DNA from: a virus
DNA length: 64,000 nucleotides
Strand: one strand, 5' to 3'
Virus record (IMG/VR): IMGVR_UViG_3300033066_000693
Coordinates: 128,001 to 192,000 of that record
The notes beneath the pieces are model-generated. The model worked only from the letters and a program-made list of their open reading frames with translations, made no database searches and was not told the DNA's origin. The position numbers and the translations under genes are program-made. Positions 37,027-48,900 of the stretch are shown piece by piece; the first letter of the stretch is position 1; every line of letters begins with the position of its first letter.

Positions 37027-40000
37027 TCAAGGTATTTTGACGCCTGTAGCTATTTTTCTGACAAAGGTTTCTGAAACCACTCTAAACTGATTGTATCCAA
37101 ACAGCCAAATATCATCTTCTACAATCAGGACTTTGTGGATGGTTGAAAGCTTAGACAATGGCTGCATAACAAAACCGTCAGTATATACAACGTATCGGCC
37201 ATCAGATAGACCAATAACAGCCTTGTTAAAGTTCGAGTCTATGTCATTAATTACGACCTCAGAAGATCTTTCAACGTCATTGAGAATATCAAGAAGCTGC
37301 AAAGATAACAAGCTCGTATAGAATGAGCCACCGTCTTGGTAAAGACCTGTGTTTGTCGCAAAGAGAATCTGCGAACGATGCTTCTGCACTTTATTTACAA
37401 TCTTCTCATTGACTATTCCTACTCGATTCCATGTGAATCCGTCTGTTGAGTAGTAAGAACCTCCGTCGTCCGAAACAGAAAGCAATGCGTCTGGCGACGA
37501 AAGAATGTTTACCGCCTTGGTTGTAGAAACAACCTTTTTCCATGTCAAAGACGCCGCCTTACGAGCATACAGACCGTCGCTAGCTCCAATGACAATGTTT
37601 GAACCAAAGACTGAAGCAACGCTATGGAGCTTTCCGGGCAGTCCTTGGGCAATATCATTGGTTATAGTCTCAGTTGTCAGATTGTATATGAAGAGCCTTG
37701 TCTCGTCTAGAATGTAAACCTTATCTTGATACTTCTTCATGTCCTTTATCAACAAAGGACGGTCAGATGGAATATCTAGAATGTCTATTGATTTAGAGGC
37801 AATGTCTATAACCAAAACTCCGCCATAGCCTGCCGCCCAAACCTGTCCTTTTTCTGCCACATACAAGACAGCATTAGCGTAAGGTATGCTCAAGTTAGTA
37901 TTAGCATTATCAAGAAATAGATCATAGTCAATAGTTGAGTTGAGTACATCATACCAAGAAGTATTACATGGTATGATATACTTGGCTTGATATGCAGGAG
38001 CATGCGCGTCAAGGTTTCCGGGAGCTATTCTCTCGCCTGCCAAACCGCCAGACAATATATTGGAATGGTGTACTTGACTGAGATGAGAAGGCATGCCTGA
38101 GTTAACCCATTCAAATGTATCCTCGATAACCCAATGAGGCATACCAACGTTTGTTAGAACTGGATTGACAATATCAGCTTCAAGTCTATTGTATTTGCCT
38201 AAGGCCTTAGAAAGCTGTAGCGTTCCGTCAACAGAATTAGCGATAGCTATAACATCATAGGCTGAATAGTCAAACGGGAACTCGTCCCCAATACCGCCAG
38301 AAGGCGTGGGGTTGTATCTAGTTACTCCAAATCCGTCAATTGGGTCGCTAGGCTTCTTCTTATCTAGTCTTACAAGCTTCGTAATTCCCAAACGAGCAAG
38401 ATCAGATTCGCCTTCGGCATTAGGAGGAACAACTTCTGAAACAGATACCGTTGCTGGCGGGTCTATCGTCGCAATATCTCTCAGATACCTAGACTGAATA
38501 TCTCGCAGATGAGGATACCAGTTTTGAGCAACGCCATTCATGGTAGTAACTGCCTCTGCTGGCGTTAGCAGAACATCCCACCAAATAACTCCTTGGCATC
38601 CGGCAAGATACTTGCCCTTATACATCATCCCATATACGTTTGTATTCATTAGCCTTGTATCTCGAAGATGCTTAGACCAAATGAAAGGGATAACAGGTAT
38701 ATTGCCGCAATAGTTTGCGATTCTAAACTGATTTCTAACAAGCAATATATGAAACAGTATTGACTGTATAGGATCTGAGCCTAGTCTTCCTGCGTCTGAA
38801 TAAAGTAGCGGAGCATCATAATCAGGGTGATAATCCCAAAGATACATGCTAGGACCAAGGAAGTCCAACTTAGAAACATACTCTTTCCAATATTGAACCT
38901 CTAGATCATATTCAGGATGAGGAACATCTGGATTCGTTACTCCATAATCCAGTCCAACCAAATCCCATGTTCCGTATATTGGGCTTCCTGCATAGATCCC
39001 ATACAGAGTATTTGGTCGTTGAGTCCTAAACGTATTAGCAATCATTCCTTGCCATATAGCCCAGCGATCAGCCCACGTTTGCTGTAGAATAACGTCTTGC
39101 TGAGCTACAGTTTTTCCTGTAGACCATCCGGGCTGCTTCAAGTCTAGAACATATATCCACCAGTCTCTAAGAGTTCTAGAGGAAAGGCCGCTACCGGGGG
39201 TTGACGGATGAAGAGTTGTTGTTTGGAATGCTGTATACATAGCCAAGCCTACGCCTGCGGCATGCCAAGGCTCCCAGTTCAGCACAATATGACCCTCAAA
39301 GCCAGCTTCAATATAAGGACCGCTTGGACGATTAGTGCCATTGATGTTGTTTATAAGAGACTGTCTAGCTAGCTCTAGCTTATCATCTTCCCATAGCCAT
39401 TTCAAACTATCTCCGCCGTTGCATAGGTCGTCGCCAAAACCGCCCAAACCGGGGAACCAAGAATGGCCAGCAGACCAATCATATAAGCCATCAAACTGGT
39501 ACACGATTACTATGTCATATCGCAAGCTTGTTGGAATGTTTGAAGTATAATTGGTGGTCAAATCTTCATTTGTACAGGATTTGCGTCCTCCAAGAGCAGG
39601 ATCTCCTGATGTGCAGAGAGTGCTATAGGCTGTAATGCCGTCCAGAGTCTTAAACTCTTCTTTCCAATTTCTCTTACGAGGCATTCTACAAGCAGAGCGA
39701 GCAATGCGCCCTATTGTTACTACTATGCCTTGATGTTCTTTTTCTACTGTCTGCGCATAATCATCATATGCAGTTTCCGTTGCGGTGGACGTTCCATAGT
39801 CTGCATACCAACTCTTTATAGGCATGTAAACCCAAGGATCTGCTCCGAACAGCAAAAGGTCCAAGAACCAGTCTCTACCGCCCTTAGAATAATCAGCCGT
39901 CAGATACTCGCTTCTATCCATGTAAGACGGAACAACATATGCATACGTCTCGTTGGCAGTTCTATTCTTGCCGCTAAGCAATACAGAAGAAAAACCAATT

Positions 40001-41376
40001 CTCCAACTAGATAGATAGTCCATTACCCACGGCTCGACTACGGCGTTTGGAAGATCAAATAGCGCCAAGCCTCCGGCAGAACGCAAACTTCCATTATCGA
40101 AATTGGCCGCGATAGACTGAGACTGTATGATGTTAGTATGGTCAAAAGTTTCTGACGAATCGCTAAAGATTCCAGTATTGACAGTTTTTAGAGTATTATC
40201 TGCCGCGAAAAATACTCTTAGTCCGTTGGTATTTTCCCATTCCTTAATCTCAGGAATGGTGTTCCTCAAATTAGGCGGCAGGGCTGTAAATATTGACGGG
40301 TTGCCTCCTTGGTCTGCATTGCCCCATCCGCCCGGATGAAGTAGCAATACGGCTTGATAACCATAGGTTTTTAGGGTAGGTACGTCAGCTACAGCGTCTA
40401 AGAGGTCGCCCCAGCCGCCAACGGTTTGCGGATTCATGTATTCTTGACCCGGCAAAGGAAGCTGCCCATCAAGACTGCTCTTTGTTTCAGTAGCAAACAA
40501 GTAATATCTACGAGGGTTATCCCTTGGGGCAAAATAAGCCTTAGGCGCATTGGAACCAGCTAGGTCTACTCCATAGACTCTTCCGCTTATTCTAGGACCG
40601 TGATCTGGCTCTCCATTGTTTCGCCAATACGAAACAAAATACGGTTCGTATGATCTAAGAGCAGCTATCTTCCTATATGTTGGCCCGCCAAGTCCAACCG
40701 ATGTAAAATGGTTGTATATTTCAAATCTCAGCCATACTGTCCAAGTTCTTTCTTCGCCGGGGCTAAAAGTATCCAAGACGCCTTTGCCGCTAATATTGAC
40801 ATTGCCTTCAAGTCTAAAGTAAGCTTTTAGAGTAGACGGATCGTAGTCGCCATAGATTCTGAATGGGTATGGATAATCAGTAGAGACTGACATCATTTGT
40901 AGACCATAGGCTGCTCGCCCAACTGCCCAGTTATCAACAGCCAAGCAAGGCGCAAACCAGTTGACGCTATATATAGCGTTTGGATCTCCGAATTTTTCAT
41001 TAGCAACTGTCGCAGGAGACACAAGCGTAGACCGCATACCAAAGCTATCATGCGACATATAGTTGAGTACATGACGGAAGTTCGAGTCTGCTCCCGCTCC
41101 ATTCCATGTGCGATGATACATACCGCTATTTAGTTTGATATAAGGAGCAGGCTGCGGTTGGTCTGATATATTCTTGACGGTTATAGAGAGATTGATTCCT
41201 CTCTGCTCTTTCAACTGTCTGGTTACGTTAACTGCCCAACCAGCTTGGTTATCGCTCAAAGGCGAACCCGTCAAGCTATCGCGAAGGATATTTACTCCGT
41301 AATCGGTCGGGTTAAGCCATACATATCGCTGAGCTTCTCCGCCGCCGCTTTCAGAAGGAGAAAACAATGAACTCAT
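37027..41376 (-). CDS. large (1449 aa) structural protein with C-terminal beta-propeller (Y_Y_Y/BNR-like) repeats
   Basis: ATG at 41374-41376. C-terminal repeats of the form GLYARKAASLTWKKV / NTGLYQDGGSFYT are present. No catalytic motif was recognised. Confidence 0.75.
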   Translation of the reverse strand: MSSLFSPSESGGGEAQRYVWLNPTDYGVNILRDSLTGSPLSDNQAGWAVNVTRQLKEQRGINLSITVKNISDQPQPAPYIKLNSGMYHRTWNGAGADSNFRHVLNYMSHDSFGMRSTLVSPATVANEKFGDPNAIYSVNWFAPCLAVDNWAVGRAAYGLQMMSVSTDYPYPFRIYGDYDPSTLKAYFRLEGNVNISGKGVLDTFSPGEERTWTVWLRFEIYNHFTSVGLGGPTYRKIAALRSYEPYFVSYWRNNGEPDHGPRISGRVYGVDLAGSNAPKAYFAPRDNPRRYYLFATETKSSLDGQLPLPGQEYMNPQTVGGWGDLLDAVADVPTLKTYGYQAVLLLHPGGWGNADQGGNPSIFTALPPNLRNTIPEIKEWENTNGLRVFFAADNTLKTVNTGIFSDSSETFDHTNIIQSQSIAANFDNGSLRSAGGLALFDLPNAVVEPWVMDYLSSWRIGFSSVLLSGKNRTANETYAYVVPSYMDRSEYLTADYSKGGRDWFLDLLLFGADPWVYMPIKSWYADYGTSTATETAYDDYAQTVEKEHQGIVVTIGRIARSACRMPRKRNWKEEFKTLDGITAYSTLCTSGDPALGGRKSCTNEDLTTNYTSNIPTSLRYDIVIVYQFDGLYDWSAGHSWFPGLGGFGDDLCNGGDSLKWLWEDDKLELARQSLINNINGTNRPSGPYIEAGFEGHIVLNWEPWHAAGVGLAMYTAFQTTTLHPSTPGSGLSSRTLRDWWIYVLDLKQPGWSTGKTVAQQDVILQQTWADRWAIWQGMIANTFRTQRPNTLYGIYAGSPIYGTWDLVGLDYGVTNPDVPHPEYDLEVQYWKEYVSKLDFLGPSMYLWDYHPDYDAPLLYSDAGRLGSDPIQSILFHILLVRNQFRIANYCGNIPVIPFIWSKHLRDTRLMNTNVYGMMYKGKYLAGCQGVIWWDVLLTPAEAVTTMNGVAQNWYPHLRDIQSRYLRDIATIDPPATVSVSEVVPPNAEGESDLARLGITKLVRLDKKKPSDPIDGFGVTRYNPTPSGGIGDEFPFDYSAYDVIAIANSVDGTLQLSKALGKYNRLEADIVNPVLTNVGMPHWVIEDTFEWVNSGMPSHLSQVHHSNILSGGLAGERIAPGNLDAHAPAYQAKYIIPCNTSWYDVLNSTIDYDLFLDNANTNLSIPYANAVLYVAEKGQVWAAGYGGVLVIDIASKSIDILDIPSDRPLLIKDMKKYQDKVYILDETRLFIYNLTTETITNDIAQGLPGKLHSVASVFGSNIVIGASDGLYARKAASLTWKKVVSTTKAVNILSSPDALLSVSDDGGSYYSTDGFTWNRVGIVNEKIVNKVQKHRSQILFATNTGLYQDGGSFYTSLLSLQLLDILNDVERSSEVVINDIDSNFNKAVIGLSDGRYVVYTDGFVMQPLSKLSTIHKVLIVEDDIWLFGYNQFRVVSETFVRKIATGVKIP

Positions 41377-41379
41377 TTC

Positions 41380-44300
41380 TTAGCCTCCGCCAGACTTCGC
41401 GCCGCCCGAAATACTTCCTCCAACATTATCGCCACCTCCGCTAGAGCCAGTACCGCCAACCCCTCCAATAAGAGAAGAAGGCAATATACCATCGGTAGTT
41501 AGCTCATTTCCAAAACTGCCCACTGTCGAAGATTGCGAGTTAGAAGCGTCTTGCGTCCAATCCTTGTAAAGACCAAATGTTCCTACATTGCTTTTCTTTG
41601 TTCTTGCGACTGAAGAAAGGAGCAACACTCGGAAATCAGGGATCTTGAAGGGGACTTCGGAAACTTGTCCTTGCGAATCCGTTACAGACACCACTCGGGC
41701 GGATTCATATACTTGGGAAAGGAACCTTTCAATCCCATACAATGTTGCAACAACGTTCCCCTTGGTGAAGCCTTTCAGCTTAGTAATCTGCCCATTGTCG
41801 TCTCGTTCCACTTCTAATAGCAAAGTCTTGGCCGCTTCATAGAAGGCTTTGGCGTCGTCTGCTCCTGCTGCATGAGCGTTACGGTCATTGTAACTTGGCA
41901 AAACTAGATCCGAAATCTGCTGCGCTGGCTTCTCTGCAAGGCTAAGATCGTTTACCTTATTTCCGTCAACATACAAAGAAACTGACGACAAGTAGTTGGT
42001 GTCTGCCCATCCTCCGTTTGTCATGACAAACTTCTTATACTGATTGGCAACAGAAACAACAGCGCCAAAACGCTGCTTGACATCAAAACACACAAACTTT
42101 CTTAGCCTATCTGTACTTGTAGTAAAGCGATAACCTATGAACTGTTGCTCGCCGTCTACATAAACAGTTGGGTTCACTTCCGTCTCAAACTCAGAATGTA
42201 AAGATAGCTTACCGGGCTTGTCGGATATGAAGAGAGTCTCTTCGCTGCCTACAAATAGCTTGTCATCAATAACGTTCAAAGAACTAGCAGGAAGAGAGTA
42301 TGAGTTTGTTCTGAGCGCGGAAAAAGCATTCTCAAAAGTAATGGCATTGTCTTCATAGATGTCATTTTCAGATATAGAGCATAGAAGACCGCTATCGGTA
42401 GAAACATACAATCTGTCTCTCCATATAACAAGCTTTCTGGCTATGGAAGCATTCTCCATTACTCCGATTCTTTGGAATGTAGAATCGGTTGGCTTGCGTC
42501 TCCAAAGCATGAAATCTGTTATGGCGAATATACAGCCTTGACTCTGAATGAAAGCGTGAATAGGCCTTTGTTCTGTAAACTCAGAACTAAAAGTCCATCT
42601 TACTCCGCTATTTGAGCTTTCGAAGATTCCCAACTCATTGCTAACTATCAATCGCTGTCTCAATGAGTCATACAGAATTGCATACGACTCAGTGCTTCTA
42701 GGACCGAATATGGGAGTCTGCTGAAAGAAGAACGAGCCTTGACCTATATCTCTACGAAGCTTGAAAACTCCCAAATCAGAACTGCAAAACACGTCTCCGT
42801 TATTATCTTCAACTATGTTCCTGATAATCTTGGCGTTCTCTGCCCCGCCAACCTCGGTCCAAATACTAAACCCTCCCGCTACACCCCCTCGACCGAAGAG
42901 TATGCCTCTATTCGTGCCAGCAAAGTAAGTGTCAAATCGAGACGAATAGAAGAATCTGACTACTGGCGTCAGAGGTTCATATTTTCTTTGCCAAGAAGCT
43001 CCGAAGTCTTCGCTTGTATATATGCCATCGCTTGTGGACGCAACAAGTATATCAAGATCTCCATTGGCCTGAATAATGTCATAGAAAACAATAGCGTCTC
43101 CTAGAGGCTCTTTTGCGTCCACAGGAGCATATCGGTAGCCGTCGTCAATACTGAGAAGAGGAATGGTAACTGGCTTAAGAGCTTCCTTTTTTCGACCGTC
43201 ATGGCTAAGAGCAGGAACTTGTGCTTTTTCAAAGTATCCAACTCCAATCTGTTGCGCAGATATTCCGTCTATCCTTCCATTAGGAAGAATGCTCTGAACT
43301 TCTTCAAGATTATCAAACTCGATAGTAAGAGTTGGCGCAGTAGTAAACGGGAATACTTGGTTAGAATCAGTTTCAAAACCAGTTGGAGCCAATGGAGTTT
43401 CAAACGTTATCGTTCCATTATCAGAATCCAAAGAGAACAAAAGACCGAACGTAGAAACATCGTCTCCATTCAGAAGAATGGTATATGTTGTAGTATCTGA
43501 GATATCTGTTGCCGTTGCATAGGTTTGATTATCAATGGTTTCCCAGTCATCTACCGTAAGCTTGTCGCTAAGATTGATTCGTCTGTCATCGGTATCGCTA
43601 TACCACTTGTGCTTATGAAGAACAATCCTCGACTGAGCTTCTTCTTTGATTGGATCTTCTAGATTCTTGATCTTACGAATGCCAGTCAAATCTATGGTAG
43701 CTTGACCATTCTTTGTTACTACCTTACCCAAATATATTGCATTGGTTACAGAAGAAGCATTCTCGGTCACAAACAAGTCTGCTTCATTTCTGAACTTACG
43801 GACCATGTAATAGACGGTTCCGGTTTTAGTCAGTACAGATGAATCTAGATAATAGGTAATCGAGGCTGCTGTTGTAGCTATCAGAGTAAAAGAATACTTG
43901 TTACCGATTGAACGGTAAATCTCATAACCGTCAAACTGACCGCCAGTAGGCTGCCATGACAACTCAACGCTTCGCCCTGATACGCTTGTAGTAAGATTAA
44001 GAGGTCCATCAAGAGTGGAATTAGAAACTGGCTTCAGCGTAACGAGAGTATAGTTGATATATAGATCGTCTCTTGGATTTAGAGATTCTTGGTCATAGCT
44101 ATCTACAGTGGTAATGAAGTAGATATAGCTTACGTCATTCTGCACTTCATAGTCTGTATAGGTGAAACTGTTTGGCGATACCGTTTCTAGAAGCGTAAAA
44201 TCGCTTGAATGAATTGAAACAGCATCATTAGCCCTGTAAATACGGTAGCCTTTGATGTTCTCAATGCCTGCCTTATTCCATGTTAGAGTATTTTGCTTGT

Positions 44301-45954
44301 TTCCGGCAAAGCCTACTTGCTGTTGCGGAGGCGGAGGTCTTGGAAGATCAGCAAGAGCAGCAACGTCAAATGTTGTCTCTTTGATTGAGCTTTCATTTCC
44401 AAACTCGTCTACGCAATAGACTCTAAAAACATACCTAGTGTTTGCAGTTATGTAACTTGATTCCAAAAGATAAACAGTAGAACGTCCAACATTTGCTTCA
44501 TTAACAAGAACAGTCTCAGAAGAATCTGAAAGATTCACCTTTACAATAGAGAGTATATTGCTGCTAAAAATAGACGGAGAGTTTTCCCAACGGAACAGCA
44601 AAGAATGATCGATTCTGTCAATAATAGAAGTCGAAACAATAGGCTCAGGACTAATGAACGTTTGCGTATAGTGTTTTACTCTCTTGCCTATGCTTCGCTG
44701 ATTGTACTGATCTACATTGCGAATAGTGATGTAGTAAGTTGTTCTAGAGTCAATAGACTTGTAAAACAACTGACCGCTCTTCCTGTAAGGAAAAACCTCT
44801 ATGGCTTTCATCATAGAACCTTGCAGAACAGGAATCCATTCAGAAGTAACTACGCTTCCGTCTGTATGGTACTCTTCAAGCTGAATCTCTGAAGTACCAG
44901 AGAATCCAATATAAGGATCGATGATCGTCATCCATTCAAGAGTCAAACCATTGGTGGACACGCCAGAAGTAACCGCATAATCTGTTGCCGTTATCTCTAC
45001 GACATCAGCGGGGCCTGCCAAGTCCAACGGCATTCCAACAAGAATAACTCCGTCTGATTCAATGCCATACTTGCTTACGGCCTTCAGTTCAATTAAGTAT
45101 CTTTGTCCATTGACAAGACTATCCAATGTCATGTCTACAAATGTACTAGCAACATCAAAAGATAGAGTTGCTCCTACAGGAATTCTCTCTTCTGTTATAG
45201 GAGTAAAATAAGCTCTGTACGAAAGAATATTGCCATACGCAGACGAGTTCCAGCTAAGATGAATGACTTCCTTAGAAGACTTCAATCGAACAGACGTTGG
45301 AGGGGCAGGCTTGCTAAGATCTTGGCTAGTAATAACCAAAAGGCTAGAAGATAGGCCGCTTGCATTGCCTGATAGGTCATAGGCTTTTATCTTGTAATAG
45401 TAGATGGAATTCTCTTTGAGCGTTGCGTCCAAATACTCGGCGCTCTTAGACGTATTCAGCAAAGCATATGTCATGTTGTCATTGCTTCTATAGATTTCGT
45501 AGAAGTCAAAATCAATCTCTGCTGATGCTGTCCATTCTATAGTTGCCGAATCGGTTGATCGACTTCGAACAGACAATCCACTTGGAGTAGAAGGAGCAGT
45601 TGTGTCTTGATATGTCAAAGACGAGATAGGACAGAATGGGCTAATCTGCCCAATCACTCCCGGTCGCAGTCTCATCCATGCATATATGGTATTGTCATCA
45701 AGAAGAGACTTCTGAGAATCTCCAAATGTTCTAGTAATATACCTACCAATCATTCCCCATCCGCTAGAAACCTTCAGCGTAAGAGAAGACGGTATTGAAA
45801 GATCCCAGCCCTCTATTTTGCCCGGGCCAACAAGATCTGATATGAACGCCATATGCGTATCAATAGTGCGAAACCTTCGCTCGTCAATGACGCCTAGGTA
45901 AACGTCGCCTAAAACAAATGCTTCCAACCCGAAATGCGGAGTACGAACAGGCAT
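41380..45954 (-). CDS. large (1524 aa) structural protein with multiple FN3 domains, a beta-propeller region and a Gly-rich C-terminus
   Basis: FN3 units of the form PSTPSGLSVRSRSTDSATIEWTAS...YYYKIKAYDLSGN are present. A propeller-like middle region occurs. The C-terminus is GGVGGTGSSGGGDNVGGSISGGAKSGGG. Confidence 0.75.
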   Translation of the reverse strand: MPVRTPHFGLEAFVLGDVYLGVIDERRFRTIDTHMAFISDLVGPGKIEGWDLSIPSSLTLKVSSGWGMIGRYITRTFGDSQKSLLDDNTIYAWMRLRPGVIGQISPFCPISSLTYQDTTAPSTPSGLSVRSRSTDSATIEWTASAEIDFDFYEIYRSNDNMTYALLNTSKSAEYLDATLKENSIYYYKIKAYDLSGNASGLSSSLLVITSQDLSKPAPPTSVRLKSSKEVIHLSWNSSAYGNILSYRAYFTPITEERIPVGATLSFDVASTFVDMTLDSLVNGQRYLIELKAVSKYGIESDGVILVGMPLDLAGPADVVEITATDYAVTSGVSTNGLTLEWMTIIDPYIGFSGTSEIQLEEYHTDGSVVTSEWIPVLQGSMMKAIEVFPYRKSGQLFYKSIDSRTTYYITIRNVDQYNQRSIGKRVKHYTQTFISPEPIVSTSIIDRIDHSLLFRWENSPSIFSSNILSIVKVNLSDSSETVLVNEANVGRSTVYLLESSYITANTRYVFRVYCVDEFGNESSIKETTFDVAALADLPRPPPPQQQVGFAGNKQNTLTWNKAGIENIKGYRIYRANDAVSIHSSDFTLLETVSPNSFTYTDYEVQNDVSYIYFITTVDSYDQESLNPRDDLYINYTLVTLKPVSNSTLDGPLNLTTSVSGRSVELSWQPTGGQFDGYEIYRSIGNKYSFTLIATTAASITYYLDSSVLTKTGTVYYMVRKFRNEADLFVTENASSVTNAIYLGKVVTKNGQATIDLTGIRKIKNLEDPIKEEAQSRIVLHKHKWYSDTDDRRINLSDKLTVDDWETIDNQTYATATDISDTTTYTILLNGDDVSTFGLLFSLDSDNGTITFETPLAPTGFETDSNQVFPFTTAPTLTIEFDNLEEVQSILPNGRIDGISAQQIGVGYFEKAQVPALSHDGRKKEALKPVTIPLLSIDDGYRYAPVDAKEPLGDAIVFYDIIQANGDLDILVASTSDGIYTSEDFGASWQRKYEPLTPVVRFFYSSRFDTYFAGTNRGILFGRGGVAGGFSIWTEVGGAENAKIIRNIVEDNNGDVFCSSDLGVFKLRRDIGQGSFFFQQTPIFGPRSTESYAILYDSLRQRLIVSNELGIFESSNSGVRWTFSSEFTEQRPIHAFIQSQGCIFAITDFMLWRRKPTDSTFQRIGVMENASIARKLVIWRDRLYVSTDSGLLCSISENDIYEDNAITFENAFSALRTNSYSLPASSLNVIDDKLFVGSEETLFISDKPGKLSLHSEFETEVNPTVYVDGEQQFIGYRFTTSTDRLRKFVCFDVKQRFGAVVSVANQYKKFVMTNGGWADTNYLSSVSLYVDGNKVNDLSLAEKPAQQISDLVLPSYNDRNAHAAGADDAKAFYEAAKTLLLEVERDDNGQITKLKGFTKGNVVATLYGIERFLSQVYESARVVSVTDSQGQVSEVPFKIPDFRVLLLSSVARTKKSNVGTFGLYKDWTQDASNSQSSTVGSFGNELTTDGILPSSLIGGVGGTGSSGGGDNVGGSISGGAKSGGG

Positions 45955-48900
45955 TAGAGAACAAACCTCATACTAATAAACTCATTACCCTCTAGTTCCC
46001 ACATAATAGAGAAGTTCTTAAGTATAGGAACATCGGCATATGATCCACAATAAGCTTGAGAAGTCAAATCATTGGCCTTGAATGTAAACGAGTTGCTATT
46101 ATTCTCAAATACGCTTCCGTTGTATACATCAATGGACAAGTAGTATGTCTTGTTGGCGTCTATAGTAGAAAGACTTGGTGCATAGTTGACAACAATGGAC
46201 TCCCCTGAGTTGGTTTCAAAACCGGCAACTGGAAGATCTCTATCATTTACCTGCCAGTTGGTGAGATCGTTACCGCTGAAAGCGGTATACTTTAGATCTG
46301 TTCGTTCCGGATCATTGTAGAAACGAATACGGAAGTGGAAAGTCTCGGTACTTTCTGCGGTGTTGACAAACTCAAAGTTGATGTTGTCAACAAAAGTAGT
46401 TCCGCATGATTCTATAAAACTCAAAGCGTCTGTAACCAAGAACGTATCTGGCGAACTGATAGCCTCTATCTTAACATAGTAATACGTGCTGCATCGTAGC
46501 GGAGTTGCGCCTACAGGAGTGAACGAGAAGGCTCTAGTTTGATTGGCTACAAAAACCGTTCCGCCAGTTGGGAATATGTTTCCGTCTGTACTGAACCCAG
46601 TATGAGAGTTGGCGCTATTGATTTCATAGACAAGAGTAGTCAAAGAAGAATCTTCATAGAAGCTAATTCTGAAGTTAAAGGTACGGTCGATAGCGTCTGG
46701 GTTCTTGTAGCTCCATTCAACCGAGTTGAACATCAGAGGATACCCGTATGGACTGTACTCGTCTGGGTTCAACCCAATCGCCTCGGACTTGGTTGGAGTA
46801 ATAAAGCGTATACCAACTCTAAGTCCCTTTCCAATCTGGGAGTCTTCTGTAGTAAAGATTCTATTCTCGTCAATAATCTGATAGTCTGCGAAGTCGGTAG
46901 AGTTCTTTGTATCTATACCGAAAACGATATCTGCCGCAACTGGAAGAAGCTTTGTAGAAGTAAGAATACCGCTCTTTACTCTGCTTGGCATGACAAAGTT
47001 TGTCGTAAAGAAATGAGTAGAGTCGCTAGAGATGCTTTTGATAACAACATTTCGCAGAGACGGGCTTAGTCCTCGAACTTTGCTCTTCATAACAACCTTG
47101 AACTGAATGTACTGTCCAGAAAGGAAAGAGATATCAGCAGATTGGTCGCTGCCATTTACGCTGAACTCAAATTCCTTATCAAGAATCTCGTCCCGAGTAG
47201 CAGCGGTCTTGATATAGAAAGTAACTGATGTGTTATCTGGAATCGTAGCATCCCAAGAAATCTTGTCCCATGAAACTAGATTGTTTGTGCCGTTGAAAAA
47301 CTCGCTGTAATACTCTCCCTGCTCCTCTTCCACAACGTCGGCTGAATAGAATCTGTCATTACCCTCTCGGATATCAATAGCCTTGCCGAATGGGTCAACT
47401 CTCAATATTCGATTGCGATTGATAAACGCTGCGAGATCTGAAATAGAGATCTCGTCAAAAAGGTTAGGGTCCAACGTAGTCTGAGCTACGTCGGTATAGA
47501 GATTGGTTTCGTTGCCAGCCTTATCTATAAGCTTGAGATAGACTTTCTTTACGTTCTCTGCCTTTCCTATCTTGTAGATATAGGAATCGGAAATGAACCA
47601 AACTGTTCCGTCTGGTCCGTCCATAATGTCTCTAATATCTTCTCTATGAGTATACTTTGCTGTCCAAACATTATCAAGGTAGTACAATGTATTACCAATA
47701 GCAGCGTAGAGAACGCCTCCAATGTTCTTCATTGCATATACCGCAGAAGGTATAGTCTTGAAGGAGTGTACAAACGGAGAATCTGGAATCTTTGAACGCT
47801 TAATCTGTCCGCTAGATCCAAATCCTGCGAAGATATATCCTTGACCGTTTACTACAGCCTTGTTTATGCTAAGAGCCTTTCGGTCTGCATTTACATCAAC
47901 GATCTGTTGAGTATTGTTCTTTGGGTCGAGCTTGTAAATCCTTCCCTCAGAACCAGTTGCCGCATATAGCTCTCTTTCAGATTCAACTAGAGAGTAAATA
48001 GCTCCGCTGACATTTCTGAACACTTCCTTTGTTGTGGTTCCGTCAAATGAGTAAAGAGCGCCAAACCCTCCTCCGCCGCCGCCGATGTAAAGAACTTCGT
48101 CAAAAACAACAGCGCAATGAGCATAGGTATTTGTTGGAAGAGTTCTTAAAAGCTCAAACTTGAACGTTTCATTATTCATTATCCATAGCTTGCCAGAGCC
48201 ATTTGGACTTCCTGTTCCTGCGAAGATTCGCCCTTGGAACTCAATCAAGAACTCGACAGACGCATTTGGATTGGCGGTGCCTCCTACAACGTCCAAAGTG
48301 TCTATTTTTACCCATGACTGCGCAATCGGATCGTACTTGTAAACGTTTGCTGGCTCGGCTGTTCCGGCCAACATAATAGGGTCTTTGCCAATAGGTTGAT
48401 ACTTCAACATTCTACGTCCAAGACCGCTAACGAATGTGTATTGACGGCTTACGCTATCAAAGATTTCGCCTATGTTATGAAGCAAGAATCTAGTAAATAC
48501 GATAGGCTCAAGAGGAACCTCTCCGTCGCTAGTAAAGTTCGCATAGTTCGAAACAATCATCTTGTCTATACCAGACGTTTGATCAAACAATCCATCAACA
48601 TCGTCTTCTAGAGGCGCAACAGAAACTTCAAAAACGCTTCTCTCTCGACGGCTACCTAGAGTAATCTTACCAGCAGGAGGGGTCTTATCTAGAACAATCC
48701 TATCAAACGGAAGGTCTGTAGTTTCGTCATTGATTTGAAGAGTATTGATATCTCCTCCTGTCAATGCATAAACATGACCGCTAGTAGATAGCAGCTTCTC
48801 AATACGAGTTGCCTTGTTGCCCAAAGCGTACTTTTGCGCTTGATTCTGTGAAAAGTTTCCTAGTTTTTCGATATCGAAACGGACATTTACTTTTACTACG

